Part shown: positions 12,267 through 26,951 of the stretch, in pieces
How positions within the stretch are numbered: position 1 is the first letter of the stretch
Layout: every line of letters starts with the position of its first letter
Source: the human T2T-CHM13v2.0 reference genome, Homo sapiens
DNA length: 64,000 bases
Assembly (NCBI RefSeq): GCF_009914755.1
Contig: NC_060926.1
Direction: 5' to 3' (one strand)
Program-made: the position numbers and the translations under genes
The notes under the pieces: model-generated
Databases searched by the model: none
Seen by the model: the letters and a program-made list of their open reading frames with translations, nothing else
What the model was told of the DNA's origin: nothing

Positions 12267-12764
12267 CAGCAACTCTCAGACTTCCCTCTCAGAACCCCTT
12301 TCTAACTTTTCACAGTAATGGATGACACCAAAGAGCTTTTGTTTATGTGGGCCGTCATTTCTATCTGTATCATCTCAGAAATTAAAACAGAAATTTTAAA
12401 ACAATTTCTTAATTCATTAAAAAGACAAGTCAGTTACATGTTAGCACATATAACATATTTTAAGACAAACAGTTATATTTTCCAAAATAAAAAGTGTAAT
12501 GAGAAGTAGCATTAACTTTTTTTTTTTTTTTTGCAAATCTTTTAAATATCTGGCTTAGGAGAAGATAGCTGGATTCCCATATCTGCTTCTGCATCCAGTC
12601 TGTTGTGATATCACGTGTCATGTCGCCTCTGGAAAGTGCCACTCTACACTTAGAAGTTCAAGAATGAGAAGAAAAAGGCGGATAATGTCTCAGTGTTATT
12701 ATGAAAATATTTTTGACCTTGTGGATCCCCCAGGGATTCCTTGGCCACACTTTGAGAACTGCTG
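12267..12764 (-). mobile_element. Charlie1b-like hAT DNA transposon, near full length
   Basis: TIRs CAGCAACTCTCAGA / TTTGAGAACTGCTG; degenerate 8-bp TSD CGTTATGC / CACTATGC; internal match to recalled Charlie1b. Confidence 0.85.
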
Positions 12765-13003
12765 CACTATGCCATTAATGTTCATTGATGACACATCAAT
12801 ATACACAATGTATCACCACTACACATTTTATAAAGTCTCAGGCATATTCAAGGCTGTATATCAAATACATTGACTCAGCCCCTGTGGAATACAGGAAGGG
12901 AATGGGATAAAAGGGGGAATGAAATAAATAAGATAAAGCAAGAAAGAATCTGTATGTGCTTTACTAAGAATTATGATTAACTCTGGTCTCTGCACTTGAG
13001 GTT

Positions 13004-13005
<2 letters not shown>

Positions 13006-13051
<46 letters not shown>

Positions 13052-13053
13052 GT
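13006..13053. repeat. (TG)n microsatellite
   Basis: About 20 perfect GT units. Confidence 0.97.
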
Positions 13054-14185
13054 ACACGTGTGTTTGGAGGCAGGAGTGAGAAGTGGTGAGGCCTAAATTG
13101 AGGCAACACTGAGAATTCATGTGGACTCAAACCCAGGATGGTGAGCGGTGAGTGAGGCAGTGCCACTTCCATCGATCTCCTCTCCTGCCATCGCTGACAC
13201 CCTCCAAGCTCCAAGCAAGGACTCCTACTACCCTAAGACAGACCCTACAGGCTTCTCATTCCCACTACAGGGAGGAGGGAAGATGTCTGGGTGACCCCAA
13301 AGGTCCTTCCAGACCTTCCAGGCCATGACACAATGATCATCTGGTGGACTTTGAGTGGTGGACCAAGCTCTAGGCTGTACACCAGTGCCAGGAGTTTGAG
13401 CCTCTCCTCCTGGCCTCCACCTGCCAGGTGAGACTCAGGCAGGGGCGGCACCATGAGTCCCTGTGTCTAGCTGTGAGCAGTACCCTCTGTGAGCCGACCA
13501 CCTCACTTGCCTCAGAGCAGTGCCACAGCCTCTGCCCACCTCCTGGGAGGCCTTGAGGGCCCTCCCTGGCACTCAGGGGTGGGCAGAATTGAACTGAAGG
13601 TCCCTAGCAGATGTCCTGCTCTAAGGCTCACCCCAAACCTGGCCCACGAATCCATCCCTGGCTAGCTGGCTTGCCATCCCTGCCCTGCCCTCTGATTCTC
13701 TGATTGAGAGGCCCTGCCGGGAGATACCCTTCTGTGTGCTATACTCTAACCCCCTGCAAGCCCTTCATGGCTCTGTCCAGCTGTGCCCCTCTTCCTGGAC
13801 CCACAGCTCCTGCTCCTGTTCTCTCGGTCCGTAGCCCACAGGTGTCGGTGTTTGGGGGCTCGTCTGTCCCTGGCTGCTGGGAGCGATTGTGAGCAGGGAC
13901 GTTCTTTCACTCATTCCTGTGACCCTGGGCCAAGCCCTCGGTAGGGGCTCAGTATTGGAGAAATGAATGAGAGAGTTAGAGACTTGAGCAGGAGACCTTT
14001 GAATACCACATTTCCGGAAACCAGGGCCCTTCCCCAAACCTCCCTAGACATTTCCGCCATCTGACAATGAAAAAGTTAATGCCTGGCCCAGCCCCAGGTG
14101 GAATGTAGGGGTACAGATAGTTCAAGCTGTTTGAAATTTGAAACATCCCCCTGTAGTACCCACCTTCCCACTTTGTCTGGGCTGA

Positions 14186-15020
<835 letters not shown>

Positions 15021-15150
15021 TGATTCCAGTTATCTGTGGCTGCATAACAAATTATCCCCAAACTTAGCGCCTTAAGTCAAACACCATTTTATTATATCTC
15101 ACAATGTTGCATGTCAGGAATTTGGGGCAGGACCCAGCTGGGAGATGCTT
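15021..15150 (-). mobile_element. MLT1 (MaLR) LTR fragment
   Basis: GCTGCATAACAAATTATCCCCAAACTTAG...GTCAGGAATTTGGG. Confidence 0.7.
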
Positions 15151-16329
15151 TGCAATAGGATGGGGCCCTGGGGGGTGAGTAGGGAGGGGGCTGTGTGTGT
15201 GTCGAGGTCATTTGACAATAAAGGCCCTTTTTGCTCTAGTATTCTAAGATTCTTCAAGGCTGTGGCTAGCAAGGGAAATTCAGAGTTCCAGTTTGGAGGA
15301 AGGACAAGATATCAGATGTGGTCTTGTCCACTTTGACAGGGGAAAAGCCTGGGAATGTGTGAGGGACATTTGTTAGTTCCCCATATCTTTCTGTGATATT
15401 GGTGGCTCAGCATTCATTTGAGAATCCACCCCTCTGATGAAGCTGATCCCACACTGCCCCCACCCTCCCATATTTAAGGGTGGGCATGTGACCTCCAACC
15501 CAAACAGCACATTGCGCACCCCACCCCCCAACTTTCCCAGCCCCCCAAGAAAACTGAAGTCCAGGGCTTCCGTTTGAGACATTAAGGAAGTTGTCCAGCA
15601 CCACTGGGCCAGGCACTGTGAGTCTGGGAGACGGGAGATGTGGGGTTCCATGAAGAGGGAGGGAGACATTGAGTTTGAGTCCTGGATCAAGTTATACCCG
15701 AATCCAAAATGACCCCCTGATTTTTCCAGATTTTTGAATGAATACATTTCCTTATTTGTGGAAGTCAGCTTGGGCTGGACTTCTATATTTGCAACCGTAA
15801 AGTTTTGGCTGTTACAGAAGTGAGCCTTGAGGGCTCGCAGCTCCACCAGAATGGGCAGGCAAGTCTTGAGGACAGGAGGCAAAGTGGCTACAACAGGCGT
15901 CTGGGGGCTGCGCTCCTGAATGACCGCAGGCCCCCATCCTGGAGACTTGGAGAGGGATGGCAAAGTGGGGGAAGGTTTGGGCTTCCAAGAGGAGGGGATG
16001 GAGGCGATGGAGCCTGCTGACCCTTCCTCTGTGCCTGGGAGTCAGGCAGTTGCTTATGGAATTGTCAGGCGTTCGGGAGAAGCACAGGATGGCAAGGAGA
16101 GAAGGCCCAGGCAGGAGTGTGGATGAAGGGGGCTGAACAGGCTCAGTGGAAGGACTTTGAAGAGGCGTGGGCAGGCCACTGCTGCAGAAAGCGGCTGTCC
16201 TCATCATCAGAGGGGTGTGGGAGGCTGAGGAGGGGCAGAATGAGAATCCCTGGGCGTGAGGGGGCTGGGGCCAGGCAGTGAAGAGTGTAGCATTGGTTTG
16301 GGTCCAGAGTGGAGTTAGCCTAGCCAGGT

Positions 16330-16520
16330 GTTAGGAACACAACTCCTGGGCCACACCACCCAGGTTGGAATGCTCTTGTTCTTTTGGGCCTTGGTTGATT
16401 ATCCATAAAATGGGACAATGATAATATGACCTACTTCTCAAGGTTTTGTGAAAATTAAACTTTTATTTGTAGAGCGATTAGAGCAATGACCAGCACAGAA
16501 TAAGAGCAATTTAAGTTAGG
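16330..16520 (+). mobile_element. MIR remnant
   Basis: ATCCATAAAATGGGACAATGATAAT...GGTTTTGTGAAAATTAAA. Confidence 0.65.
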
Positions 16521-17334
16521 CTTTTTTTTCCTTGAAAAACAAGGATCAATTACTCCGGAGAGGTAGATGGGGCAGGTTATATTCCTTACTTAATCGGTGG
16601 GGAACCTGAAGCCCTGGGATTAGATGGTGCTCTTCAGAGAGAGCTGGAAGCCACAGTCCTGTTGGGGCTGGCCAGAGGGCTTTCCCACGAGGGAGGGTGG
16701 GGAGGAGGCATTCTTGCCCGAGGTGGCTGCTGGGCACTGTGCGAGCTTCCATGTGCCGCCTGGCGTGATAACACAGAGTGACACCCAGTCTTCTGGCAGC
16801 AGGAAAGCTGAGAGCAGAGGGAGGGGCTGCCATCCGGTTTGCTCACACTGAGGCTGCCTGTTTTCCATTTTTCACTCTCCCCCAGGAGTGTGAGGACCCT
16901 GCTGCTTGGGAGAGAGACATTGCTGGCCTAGGGAAGGAAACCTTCTCAGTGCAGGGAGGGGATACTCCCACATCCTCCCAGCTCAGGGGTTGCCCTCAGC
17001 TCCCTGTTCCCAGCACTGTCCTTCCCAGAGCCCAGAGAGGGCACATTTGGTGCATGATTACCACAAGCTCAGACTACAAAGGGGTCCCTCCCACAGGCTT
17101 TGCCGTTTAACAGTGGGCTGCTGAGGGCAATGCTTACGCTGAAGGAATAAACTGGGAATTGTGAGATTTCAGGCAGCAGCAGAAAGCCTGAAGAGTGGCG
17201 GGTGGGGAGGAGCATTGGTTTCCAGGCATCTATTACCATTATATTTTTAACTCCTGACTCCTGCCCTCCTGGCAGACACCTTGGAACCAATTATTGATTG
17301 GCCTCAGTCATCAGCCCACTTCCTGCAGTTATCC

Positions 17335-17880
17335 ATGCTTACCCATTCACCTATTCATTATTTTTTTTCGTGCTGTATCCATCCATCTACCTACCTAGCT
17401 ATCCATCCACCCATCCACCCACCCATCCATCCACCCCTCTACCCACCTATCCATCCATCCCTCTACCCACCTATCCATCCATCCACCCACTCACCCATCC
17501 ATCCCTCCTTACATCCATCCATTCAGCCACCCAATCATTCATCCATCCATTCACCCATCTACCCATTTACCTTTCTACACACACCCATCTATTCATCTAC
17601 CCCTCCACCTATCCACACACACATTCATCTACCCACCTATTCACCCATCCACCCTTCCACATACATTCATCTATTCATCTATGCATTCACCCACCCACCC
17701 ATCCATCTATCCATCCATCCATCCATCCATCCATCCATCCATCCATCCATCCATCCATTTGTCCACCCATCCAGCCATCCAGTTACCCACCCACCAATCC
17801 ATCCACCCACATATCCATCTGTTCATCTACTCAGCAACCCATCCATCCATCCATCCATCCATCCATCCATCCATCCAATT
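17335..17880. repeat. Degenerate (CCAT)n/(CCAC)n tetranucleotide array, ~550 bp
   Basis: Pure CCAT cores at ~17711-17757 and ~17839-17876 within a degenerate array. Confidence 0.97.
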
Positions 17881-17894
17881 CATCTCATCAAGGG

Positions 17895-18110
17895 ACAGTA
17901 AGGACAAGGCTTCCAGAGCCAGCAGCCTGGGTTTGCAATCCTGGCCCCAGCACTTATACGATTTGACTGCCCTTAAGCATGTCACTTTACCTCTCTGTGC
18001 CTCTGTCTCTTGAAATATAAATGGGGATAAAACTAGTACCTACTTCCTAGAGCTTTCTGTGAGGCTTAAATAAGGTGTGCACCTGTAAGAGTGTCTTAAG
18101 TGTGAACTGT
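17895..18110 (+). mobile_element. MIR
   Basis: GGTTTGCAATCCTGGCCCCAGCACTTA...CCTCTCTGTGCCTC...AATGGGGATAA. Confidence 0.8.
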
Positions 18111-18534
18111 TATTCTTTCTATTGTTCCTCAATTCACTCATTTTTTCAGTTTCTCTGTTCCCTCAGTTCACTTATTCATCTCTTTATAATCACTGCCCTA
18201 GTCCAAGGAAACAAGCTTTGTTTTCTTCCCAGCCCTTAAAAAGTACTTTCCCATCTCCAGCTTTTGGTTTGAGGACGGGGGATTTTCTTAAGAAGCATTG
18301 CTCCAAGCTGATCCTGGAAGCCAGATTTTAACAGACACCAGAAGAGGGGAGGACCTCTTAGCAAACCCCCAGCACACTGCCCACCAGTCTTGGTGGAGGA
18401 GCAACTTGAGGCTGCTCTTGGGTTCCTGGGCCTCATACTCCTACCTTTGTCCTGTCTCTTCCAATGGGCAAAGATCCAAAGGCAAGAGGGACAAGAGGAG
18501 AATTACCAGTCCCTTTTGTATGCTGGGCTTTTTG

Positions 18535-18720
18535 TAGACATTCTATGATTTAATCTTCTTTATAGCCTTTTAAAGTATAGGGCCAGTCTCATTTTCCAAT
18601 AAGAAAATGAGGTTCAGAGAAGTGAAGTGACTTGCTCAAAGTCACACAGCAAGTAAATAGCAGAGTTGGGATTCATAACCGAGTCTGGTAGGCTTCAAAT
18701 TGCAATGCTCTCCTCACAAC
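18535..18720 (-). mobile_element. MIR
   Basis: GAAAATGAGGTTCAGAGAAGTGAAGTGACTTGCTCAAAGTCACACAGC. Confidence 0.85.
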
Positions 18721-19649
18721 TCCCACCAGCCCTGCCTGCTGCCGCTGGTTAGGAGAGGTGCTGAGTTGGATTCCTAACCTCTGCTCTATCCCCCTGCCCA
18801 ACCTCCTTTCTGTCTCTCTGAGCCAAGTCTTCATGCCCCTTGACTGGCCCATGCCTGAAGTCCCAGCCACAGATGAAGATCTGCAACAGTTTCAACTACG
18901 GTGGGTGGAGCCGGGAGAGTGGGTGACTCCAGGCTCTCCTGGGAAAAAGAGGCCACTGGAGTTCTCACCACGATGGAGAAGGGGGTGGCCAGCTGGCCTG
19001 AGAAGCTGATGGGAGGGAGTCTAGAGAGATTGTTTCTCTGCTTTTCCTCCTCACTCTCAGATAGGCCAGGTTTCAAGGGCCTGGCCCCAGGGAACAGAGA
19101 CATGGTCTTCTGTCGACTGTAGCAAAAAGTGGCTCAGCATCCATTTCTGTCCTTGCCAGGCCGGAACCTGGCCTCAGGCCCAGGCGGATCCAGGCCTCTG
19201 GGAGCTTGGAAGTTATGTCCTTCTCATCGTCTTCCAGCCTGGGGCAGCATCTCTGTGTCAACTCAATTCAATCTCGTCCATTCCACACATATTTCTGGGG
19301 CCCTATCCATGTGCCAGTCCCGTGCCAGGTACGGACAGTGCCTGCTCTTGGGGGATCAACATCATCCCTGGGTCTGCAGGAGACCCCGATGTATGCACTG
19401 GGTGCTCAAGAATAGAACTTTCCATGGGCAGTCATCAGGAGAGGTTCCAGGAGCACTGCGCCAGGAGCCCAGGATGAGGCTGGATTTGCCTCGTCTATCT
19501 CACAACACATGCAACACCCACAGGTTCAAGACGCTGGGCCGGGGCTGGGCTGGGGTTGGCTCCAGGACACAGAAGGAAACGTGATGCCGGCAAGAACTGA
19601 AAAGCCAGGCTCCTCCTACTGCCCCGGTGCCTCCTAAAACAGTTTGGTT

Positions 19650-20075
19650 CAGTTTGACAATAAATGGAGCCCACATCACAAATTCCCATCACTAGAAGAA
19701 CTGGTTAAAAAAAAGGGTGGTATATTCACACCATGAATATACACAGAAGCAAAAGAAAAAAAAAAGAACAAATGATTGTTACACATCACAGCACGAGGGA
19801 CTCTCGCAGGCACAGCAATGAGCCAAGGCAGCCAGGTGCATGTCTACCCTTCCTGATTGCCTCTCTGTGTGGTTCAAAAGCAGATGCACTAGAATATGGG
19901 ATGGAGGGAGGAAGAGTGGGGAGCTTTGGGGGTGTCTAGACTGAGAAGATTCATGAGGGGAATGTTTCTGGTGCCAGCCATCTATATCTTGACCAGGGTG
20001 CTGGTATAATTCTCTGAAAAAATATTGAGATGTACACTTGGCGTATGTACTTTAATGCATGTTTGTTTTATCTCA
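19650..20075 (+). mobile_element. L1ME 3' remnant
   Basis: GGTATATTCACACCATGAATATACACAG...TATATCTTGACCAGGGTG. Confidence 0.55.
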
Positions 20076-20189
20076 GTTAAAAAAAAAGAACAAATAGACG
20101 AAAAAAAAAAAGAACAAATAGACAAACAAAAAGAAAGCCCAAGCCCAGCCAGCTTGTGAAGAATGGCAGGGACATTTGCAGTGCTTGGC

Positions 20190-20785
20190 TTCCCAGTGCC
20201 CCTTTTCTGATCGCAGTGCCCTGATTTTCTCTGGGGAAGTCCTACCTGCCCCCGGTGGACACAGCCTCAGGGTAGGCACATGACGATACGTGGCCAACTG
20301 GACACTTTCTCCTGGAATGCACACTGTGGCAGAGTAAGGAAAGCAATCAAAATGCTGGGAACTGCCTCACTCTAGAGGCTGACTGTCAGTGGGTCTTGCT
20401 CTTGGAGAAGGATGAGGTCTCCTGGACAAACAGACTTCCCAGCCTGCCCTCCAGCATGGGGAACCATGAACTTCCAACCAACCCCACTGGCTTGGGTCAG
20501 ATAGCCAGGTTCAGAGGCCCTGCCCAGTGGCACCTCTGCACAAGTGCCAGGCCTTGTCGGGGGCCTGTGCTAGGGATGGGTACTCCTGGACTGGATTCTG
20601 TAGCCTTTGGGACATCAGTTGCTGAGGAATAAAATCAGAGCCTTTCTGAGGTGTCTGTCTAGGATCCCACCTAACCCGCCAAGGACGTGGCATGAGTGAG
20701 AAATGAGCCTTTGCGGTTACAAGCTGCTCAGATTTGGGGGTTGTTTGTTGCTAGGTATAACCTGGCCTGCCTGACTCTACTGACA
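20190..20785 (+). mobile_element. Old MLT1 LTR remnant
   Basis: Ends in AAGCTGCTCAGATTTGGGGGTTGTTTGTTGC...CTGACT, an MLT1 3' terminus; left boundary approximate. Confidence 0.55.
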
Positions 20786-20859
20786 GCAGTAATTTGGTAT
20801 CTCCGGCCCAGACCTCTTTTTTGTACTCCACACAGACATAGGCAAAGGCAACAGGGCAT

Positions 20860-21655
20860 CTCCACTTCCAGCCCCACGAGCTCCTGGTCTTCTCCTCCCT
20901 CACCCCCTGCTGCTCATCAAGCAAAGAACACCACAGCCTTCCTCATCTCCAAGCCAGAAACCTTGCATCACCCCTGGCACCTCCCTCCTCCTCTTTCCAT
21001 TGGTCCTTCACCAGCCTGTCCCTGGTGCTGGCTGTGCTGCTCCTAAGCCCTCATGAGCCCCTCATTCCCTTCTTCCCATCCCCACCACCTCTGCCTTGGC
21101 CAAACTCCACCACCTCTCTCTTAGATTGTTGGGACATTTTCTTATTCCCTGCTCTCAGCCATTCTCCTCTCCTTGGCCAGAGCGGGCTTTGTGAAATTCA
21201 AATGTCATCGTGTTACCTGCCTGTCCCAATCCCATCAGTGGGGTCCCTTTCCTCTCAGCTCCCACTAATGCAAGTGTCTCCAGCCTGGTGCCATCCAGCC
21301 CTGCTCTGCCCTTACTGGTCCTCTTTCCATCTGTCATCTGGGCACATCCTGGTCCCTCAATGCCTGGCCAGCTCCTTCGCCTCCTCTAACCTCATCTTGG
21401 GTGTCCCACCTATCGTGCCCTCCCTCAGACCAGCACCAGAAACTTCCCCTCTTCCCTGTCAGCTGAGACACCCTGCACAGTTTGCATCATATTTTACTAC
21501 CATTGATTGTTTTCAAACTCTGTCTTCCCGGGAAGGATCTAACCTCTCATGGAGCCACAGCTATGTTTCCTTGCTCATTGACAGTTTGCCTAGTTCCAAG
21601 CACAGGGTGAGTGCTCAATAAACACTAGCTGTCGAATGATGAAATGAACAAATGA
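20860..21655 (+). mobile_element. L2 3' region
   Basis: AAGCCAGAAACCTTGCATCACCCCTG...GTGCTCAATAAACAC...GAATGATGAAATGAA. Confidence 0.7.
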
Positions 21656-21744
21656 GCATTGATCATAAGCCATGTTGTACTTAGAGCTTAGCTAATCCAC
21701 ACACCCTGGCCAAGAAGGGGCAGAAATGAGAATGTAGATCTCTA

Positions 21745-22241
21745 TGATGGTGGACGAATGACAGCTGCAAAATTCTTTGCTCCTCTCCTCATCAAAAGAT
21801 TGGGTCTATTTCCGCTCCCCTTGGATCTAGGCTACCTTTTGACCAGTAGATCAAGCCAATTCCAGTCCTTAAGAGAGCTGCAGCTCCTTTTTTGCATCTT
21901 GAAACACCCCTTCTTGGAACCCAGCAGCTACTTGAAGAGTCCCACTTGCAGGAGAGCTGAAGCCCCCACCTGACAACCACCGCTGAGTTCCTACTGGCTG
22001 CGGCATCACCTGCCTGCCCACCCTGTGACTGAGACCACTCTGGACCTTCCAGCTCAGCTGAGGACCTGCTGAAGCAGCCGAGGAAGCCTGCATGGATGCT
22101 GCGTGGAGCCGAAGAACCGCTTAGCCAAGCCCTGCTAAAATCCCTGACTCATGTGAATCATGAGCGAGTAAGATAGCTGCTGTTGTAAGCCCGTTGGGTT
22201 TGGGGTAGATGGTTGGCTAGGCAGTGACAGGTGATGGGCAC
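21745..22241 (+). mobile_element. MLT1G/H-like solo LTR
   Basis: GCTGCAAAATTCTTTGCTCCTCTCCTCATCAAAAG...TGTTGTAAGCC...TTTTGGGGTAG. Confidence 0.75.
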
Positions 22242-22269
22242 AGCCACCCTGAGGTGGGGTAGGGTGTAT

Positions 22270-22430
22270 TCTCGCTTTATTTACGAAGCTCATAACAATC
22301 CTGCACTGAAGATACGATCACCATTTTACGGATGAAGGAGACTGAGGATCAGTGATTAAAGAACTTGCCTAACTTCACAGAATTAGAGAAGTGACAGAGC
22401 AGGATTTTGTCTGGCGCTAAGCCTGCCCTC
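22270..22430 (-). mobile_element. MIR
   Basis: CCATTTTACGGATGAAGGAGACTGAGG...AACTTGCCTAACTTCACAG. Confidence 0.8.
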
Positions 22431-23239
22431 TTTTCATTCCACCCTCCAGCTTCTCTCTGGGCCAGAGATGGCTCCAGACCTAGTGGATGAGCCTAGGGGT
22501 GTAACTGGGGCTAGGACCCAACAGCCACGTTGGTGGGAAGATGATGGGGAGAGGGTGCTGGGGGGAGACACCCCAGTGGTCGGGGCCACTTTGAACCAGC
22601 CAGTTCAAAGTGGCCCCGACCCTGGACGGGCATGAATGCTTGGCTGTAGGCCTGGGTGTGAAATCACATTTTCCCCACCAGGCCAATGCTTGGTCGCAGC
22701 GTGCCCCTGGCCTCACACCGCCTTGCTCTCGTCGGCTTTGTCTGGGAACAGACGCTGTCAGCCGGCAAGGGAACACCCCAAGGCTCGGCCACGCTTGTCG
22801 GGAGGCATTAGTGTGCGGCTTTGAAGTGGGGACCTCCGGGCCTTGCTCAGATGGTCTTTGCTGGGGTTTGCCCAGGACCCCTTTCTTCTGGCTCATGGGG
22901 GTGGAGGCTGGTCCAGGGCCTCTGTGGGCACTTGCGAGCAATGCTGGCTTCCTCAGATGCTCTTGGACGCCCCACCTCCCTTCAATCCCCAGCAGGGTCT
23001 TTGAGGGCTTGGTATTTCATCAGCCAGGACAGGCTGCCAGGCAGTCTTCACTGGCTCCTTAGTCTCCAGTGAAACCAAAAGTAATAGAGGCTGACTGTCA
23101 AGACTTGGACTCAACTGAGAAGAACAAAAAAGAAGAAAATCTACCTGTCATCTCTTCACCTTGAGGTGACCACTATTGAGAGGAACTTCCCTCCAGTCTT
23201 TTTTCTTTTTCTTTCTTTTCTTTTCTTCTCTCTGTCCCT

Positions 23240-25030
23240 TCCTTCCTATTTTTTTGTTTCAATTAAAATAAAATCATTGTTACACATGCACATAGTTTAG
23301 AATCAACGAGTTTTACAAGACTTGTTTGAAAAACAACAATCCCAGACTGTCCTTCCATTTCTTCTCTCCAAAAGATGTTTACTTCAACTATTTAAACTGA
23401 TTACTTTGCTACCTATCTCCCTATCTCTAAATGGCATATGTATATTTTGTATGGTAATTAATTTTTCAGTTCATCCATCATCTATTAACTTCCACAATGC
23501 AAGAAGAAAGTTTAACTTTCTTTTCCTTGCCTGAGCACACACACAACACATGCACATTCATACACACACATTCCACCTCATCCTCAAAGTATAGTTACTT
23601 CATTATTTCGCTTATATTATTATTATTGTTAAATTATTATAACCGTGAACACTGGTTAGGCCTGAACTATGTAGAACGTTACAGATACTTTTCCTTTATT
23701 GAAGAACTTTGTTTTCCCTGATGTTAATAACTCCCTATCTCCCTCCATCTCTGTCTTTTTTTTGTCCCTGGCTCTCTCTGTCTCTGTCCCTAGCACGCTC
23801 TCTCTCTCTGTCTCTCTGTTTCTCTCTCTTTTGCTCTCAATGTTTGCTTAGTTTACTTTGAAATGCTTAGTTTACTTTGAATTATATCGGGAACTCTGCT
23901 AACGGCACATCTAAATCTTGTATCAAGATGTTCATTTACATCAGGTATTTTCCAATTTTTTCAAGGTGGAGAAGTCCCTTCAGAGCCTTCTGACTTGCTC
24001 TAGGCTGGACTGGCTGCCTCCTCCGCTGGGTACATAGCCGCCATCTTGCTGTCTCCCTTTGCTATCATCCTGGAGAATCCCCGGCCCCTGTCCTGGCTTG
24101 GATCTTTTGCTTCCTGAATCCCATCTCTTCCTTTTTCTTGGCTTACTTCCTCTTTTTAGTGGAACACATCTTCCAGTTCTTTCTGAAGAAAGCATGCATG
24201 GTAGGTAAACTTGCCGATACTCCATGTCGCTGAAAATGCACTAGCTCTTGATTGGCGCTTTGGTTGTGTATCAGATTCTAGGCTGGAAATCATTTCCCTT
24301 CAGAATTTTGAAGACATTACTCCTCTGTATTGTGGCTTCCAAATAGTTGAGAAGACTGAAGCCATTCATATTCCTAATCTTTTGTATGATTTTTTTTTCT
24401 CCTTAGAGGAGAGGATCTTTTATTTGTCTTAGCGTTTGGAACTTCCAACTTAATGCACCTTGGGGTGGGTGTCTTTTGAACTATTGGGCTGGGCATGTGG
24501 TGGACCTTTGTTTTGTTGTTGTTATTGGTCTAGACACTCCTATTCTTCAGTTCTAGGAAATTTTCTTGAATTATTTCAGTGATAATTTCTTCTTCTCTGT
24601 TTCCCACGTTCTCCGTTCCTGGGATAGCTATTTTCTAACAGTATTGTGAGATAGGCGTCAGCTTTTCAGATTTTTCTTTTCTATCTGCTCTCTCCTTGCT
24701 TTGTGCTCTGCTTCCTGAGGGAAGGTCATCAACCTGATTTTCTAAGTTCTGCCCTCAAGTTTTTAATTTCTAAGAGTTTGTTTTTGCTCTTGGAATGTTC
24801 CCGTTCATGACATCCTTTTCTTGCTTCCAGGATGTCATGGGATCTCTTCTTTCTTCGAGGACATTAATGAAAGTTCCTTGGTATTTGGTGTTCCCTGCCA
24901 AGTTGCCCCTTCTCCCCATGTTTGGTTTGGTGACTTTTCCATGAGAGGTGAGTCTCAGGTGTCTGGAATCCACAGTTTCCTGCCCATATTTAACATGGAG
25001 GATTAACAAGCTGAGCAGAGTCATAGAGCA
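23240..25030 (-). mobile_element. HAL1/L1M-like ORF1-type remnant
   Basis: ATCATTTCCCTTCAGAATTTTGAAGACATTACTCC...TTCAGTTCTAGGAAATTTTCTTG antisense ORF1-like motifs; boundaries approximate. Confidence 0.6.
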
Positions 25031-25054
25031 CATGGTGTGGTTGAACACTGGGCC

Positions 25055-25417
<363 letters not shown>

Positions 25418-25587
25418 TAAAGGACTGGCTACCAGTATTCAAGAAGAAAACTAAGGCACCAAGAGATTGAGTGACTTGTCCAAGGTCACACAGCTAGTAA
25501 ATCACCCAGATAGACTGCTCGTGACCACCCTGGGTGACCTCAGGGTTGCACGTGGGAAGGATCGATACTGTACTAAAGGAGATGGAT

Positions 25588-25900
<313 letters not shown>

Positions 25901-26761
25901 AGGAGATGGATGTTTTTAAGGCTCTTCAAACTGACCTTCAAGTTAATGTTTAGGAGTTATAAAGTTTATACTCACATCTCTCTCTCCTTTTCTTCACTCT
26001 TGCCACCATTGAATATTAGTAGTAAAACAAACCAAACTTTGATAGCATACCTAAAACAATTAGAAAGATGGAGAACGTGCAAAGAAAAAAAATGCAGATT
26101 TTATAGATTGGATTCGTATTGCATCTGTGTATCTACTGAACCTCTTCAGAGAGGTTAATTCAGCTGCCCAGGGCCACACAGTGTGTAATCGGTGTGTGTA
26201 GCAGGGCTGGGGTCTGGATCTCGTGCTCCCAGCCACTGCCTTATCCATTCAGAAAGCAATTTTTTCATATAGTTCTCATTTGCCTCAAACAATCTGTCTT
26301 TTTTCCTCCTGGGGTGCATCTCACTTATCTTTGAACTCACCGAACTCCATGTAGCACCTGACACATAGTATGTGTTTAGGCCCTCAGTAGGTGTTTCTTG
26401 ACGTGAACAGAGCCCATGTAGAGATGGAAAGAAGAGGCCCATGGAGGCCAGTGGCCTATTGCAGGCAGTTATATCACAGGGACTGTGTCCCATCACTCCA
26501 GGACGGGCCCAGGCACCGTCCCAGAGGCCAGATCAACACACTGAAACCTGTGTAAAACCCAGCAAGGGTCAATGGTTTAGCCAACAAAGGCCTTGAGTGC
26601 TCAGAGAACACCTGATTGGGTAGATTCTCTGGTAAGGAGAGAGCCCAGAGAAGTTGCACCAGCTCCTGGAAGCGGTGGCTTAGCATGGGGCCCAGAAGGA
26701 GGGGCGGAAGAGAGAGAGTTGTTCTTTTCGTTTTCCTAAGTTGTCAGCTTGGCTCTGCTGC

Positions 26762-26951
26762 TAGGGTTGCCAAATAAAATACAGGGCACCCAGTGAAATA
26801 TGAATTTCAAATAAACAACAAATAATTTTTAGTACGAGTATATCCTGAATATTGCCTGGGATATATTTATACTAAAAAAAAATCATTATTTAAATGCAAT
26901 TCCAATTTAGCAGCGTGTTCTGTTTTTTATTTGCTAAACATGGTAACCCTA
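26762..26951. mobile_element. MER53 palindromic hAT MITE
   Basis: TIRs TAGGGTTGCCA / TGGTAACCCTA, internal palindrome, degenerate 8-bp TSD TCTGCTGC / CCTGGTGC. Confidence 0.9.

Noticed and set aside
17281-18013. 206-, 222- and 110-aa HPSI-rich ORFs
   Set aside because: Translation of the (CCAT)n microsatellite.
20078-20125. A-run plus GAACAAATAGAC duplicated (also an 18-bp duplication at 23845-23881)
   Set aside because: Trivial slippage duplications with no sign of function.
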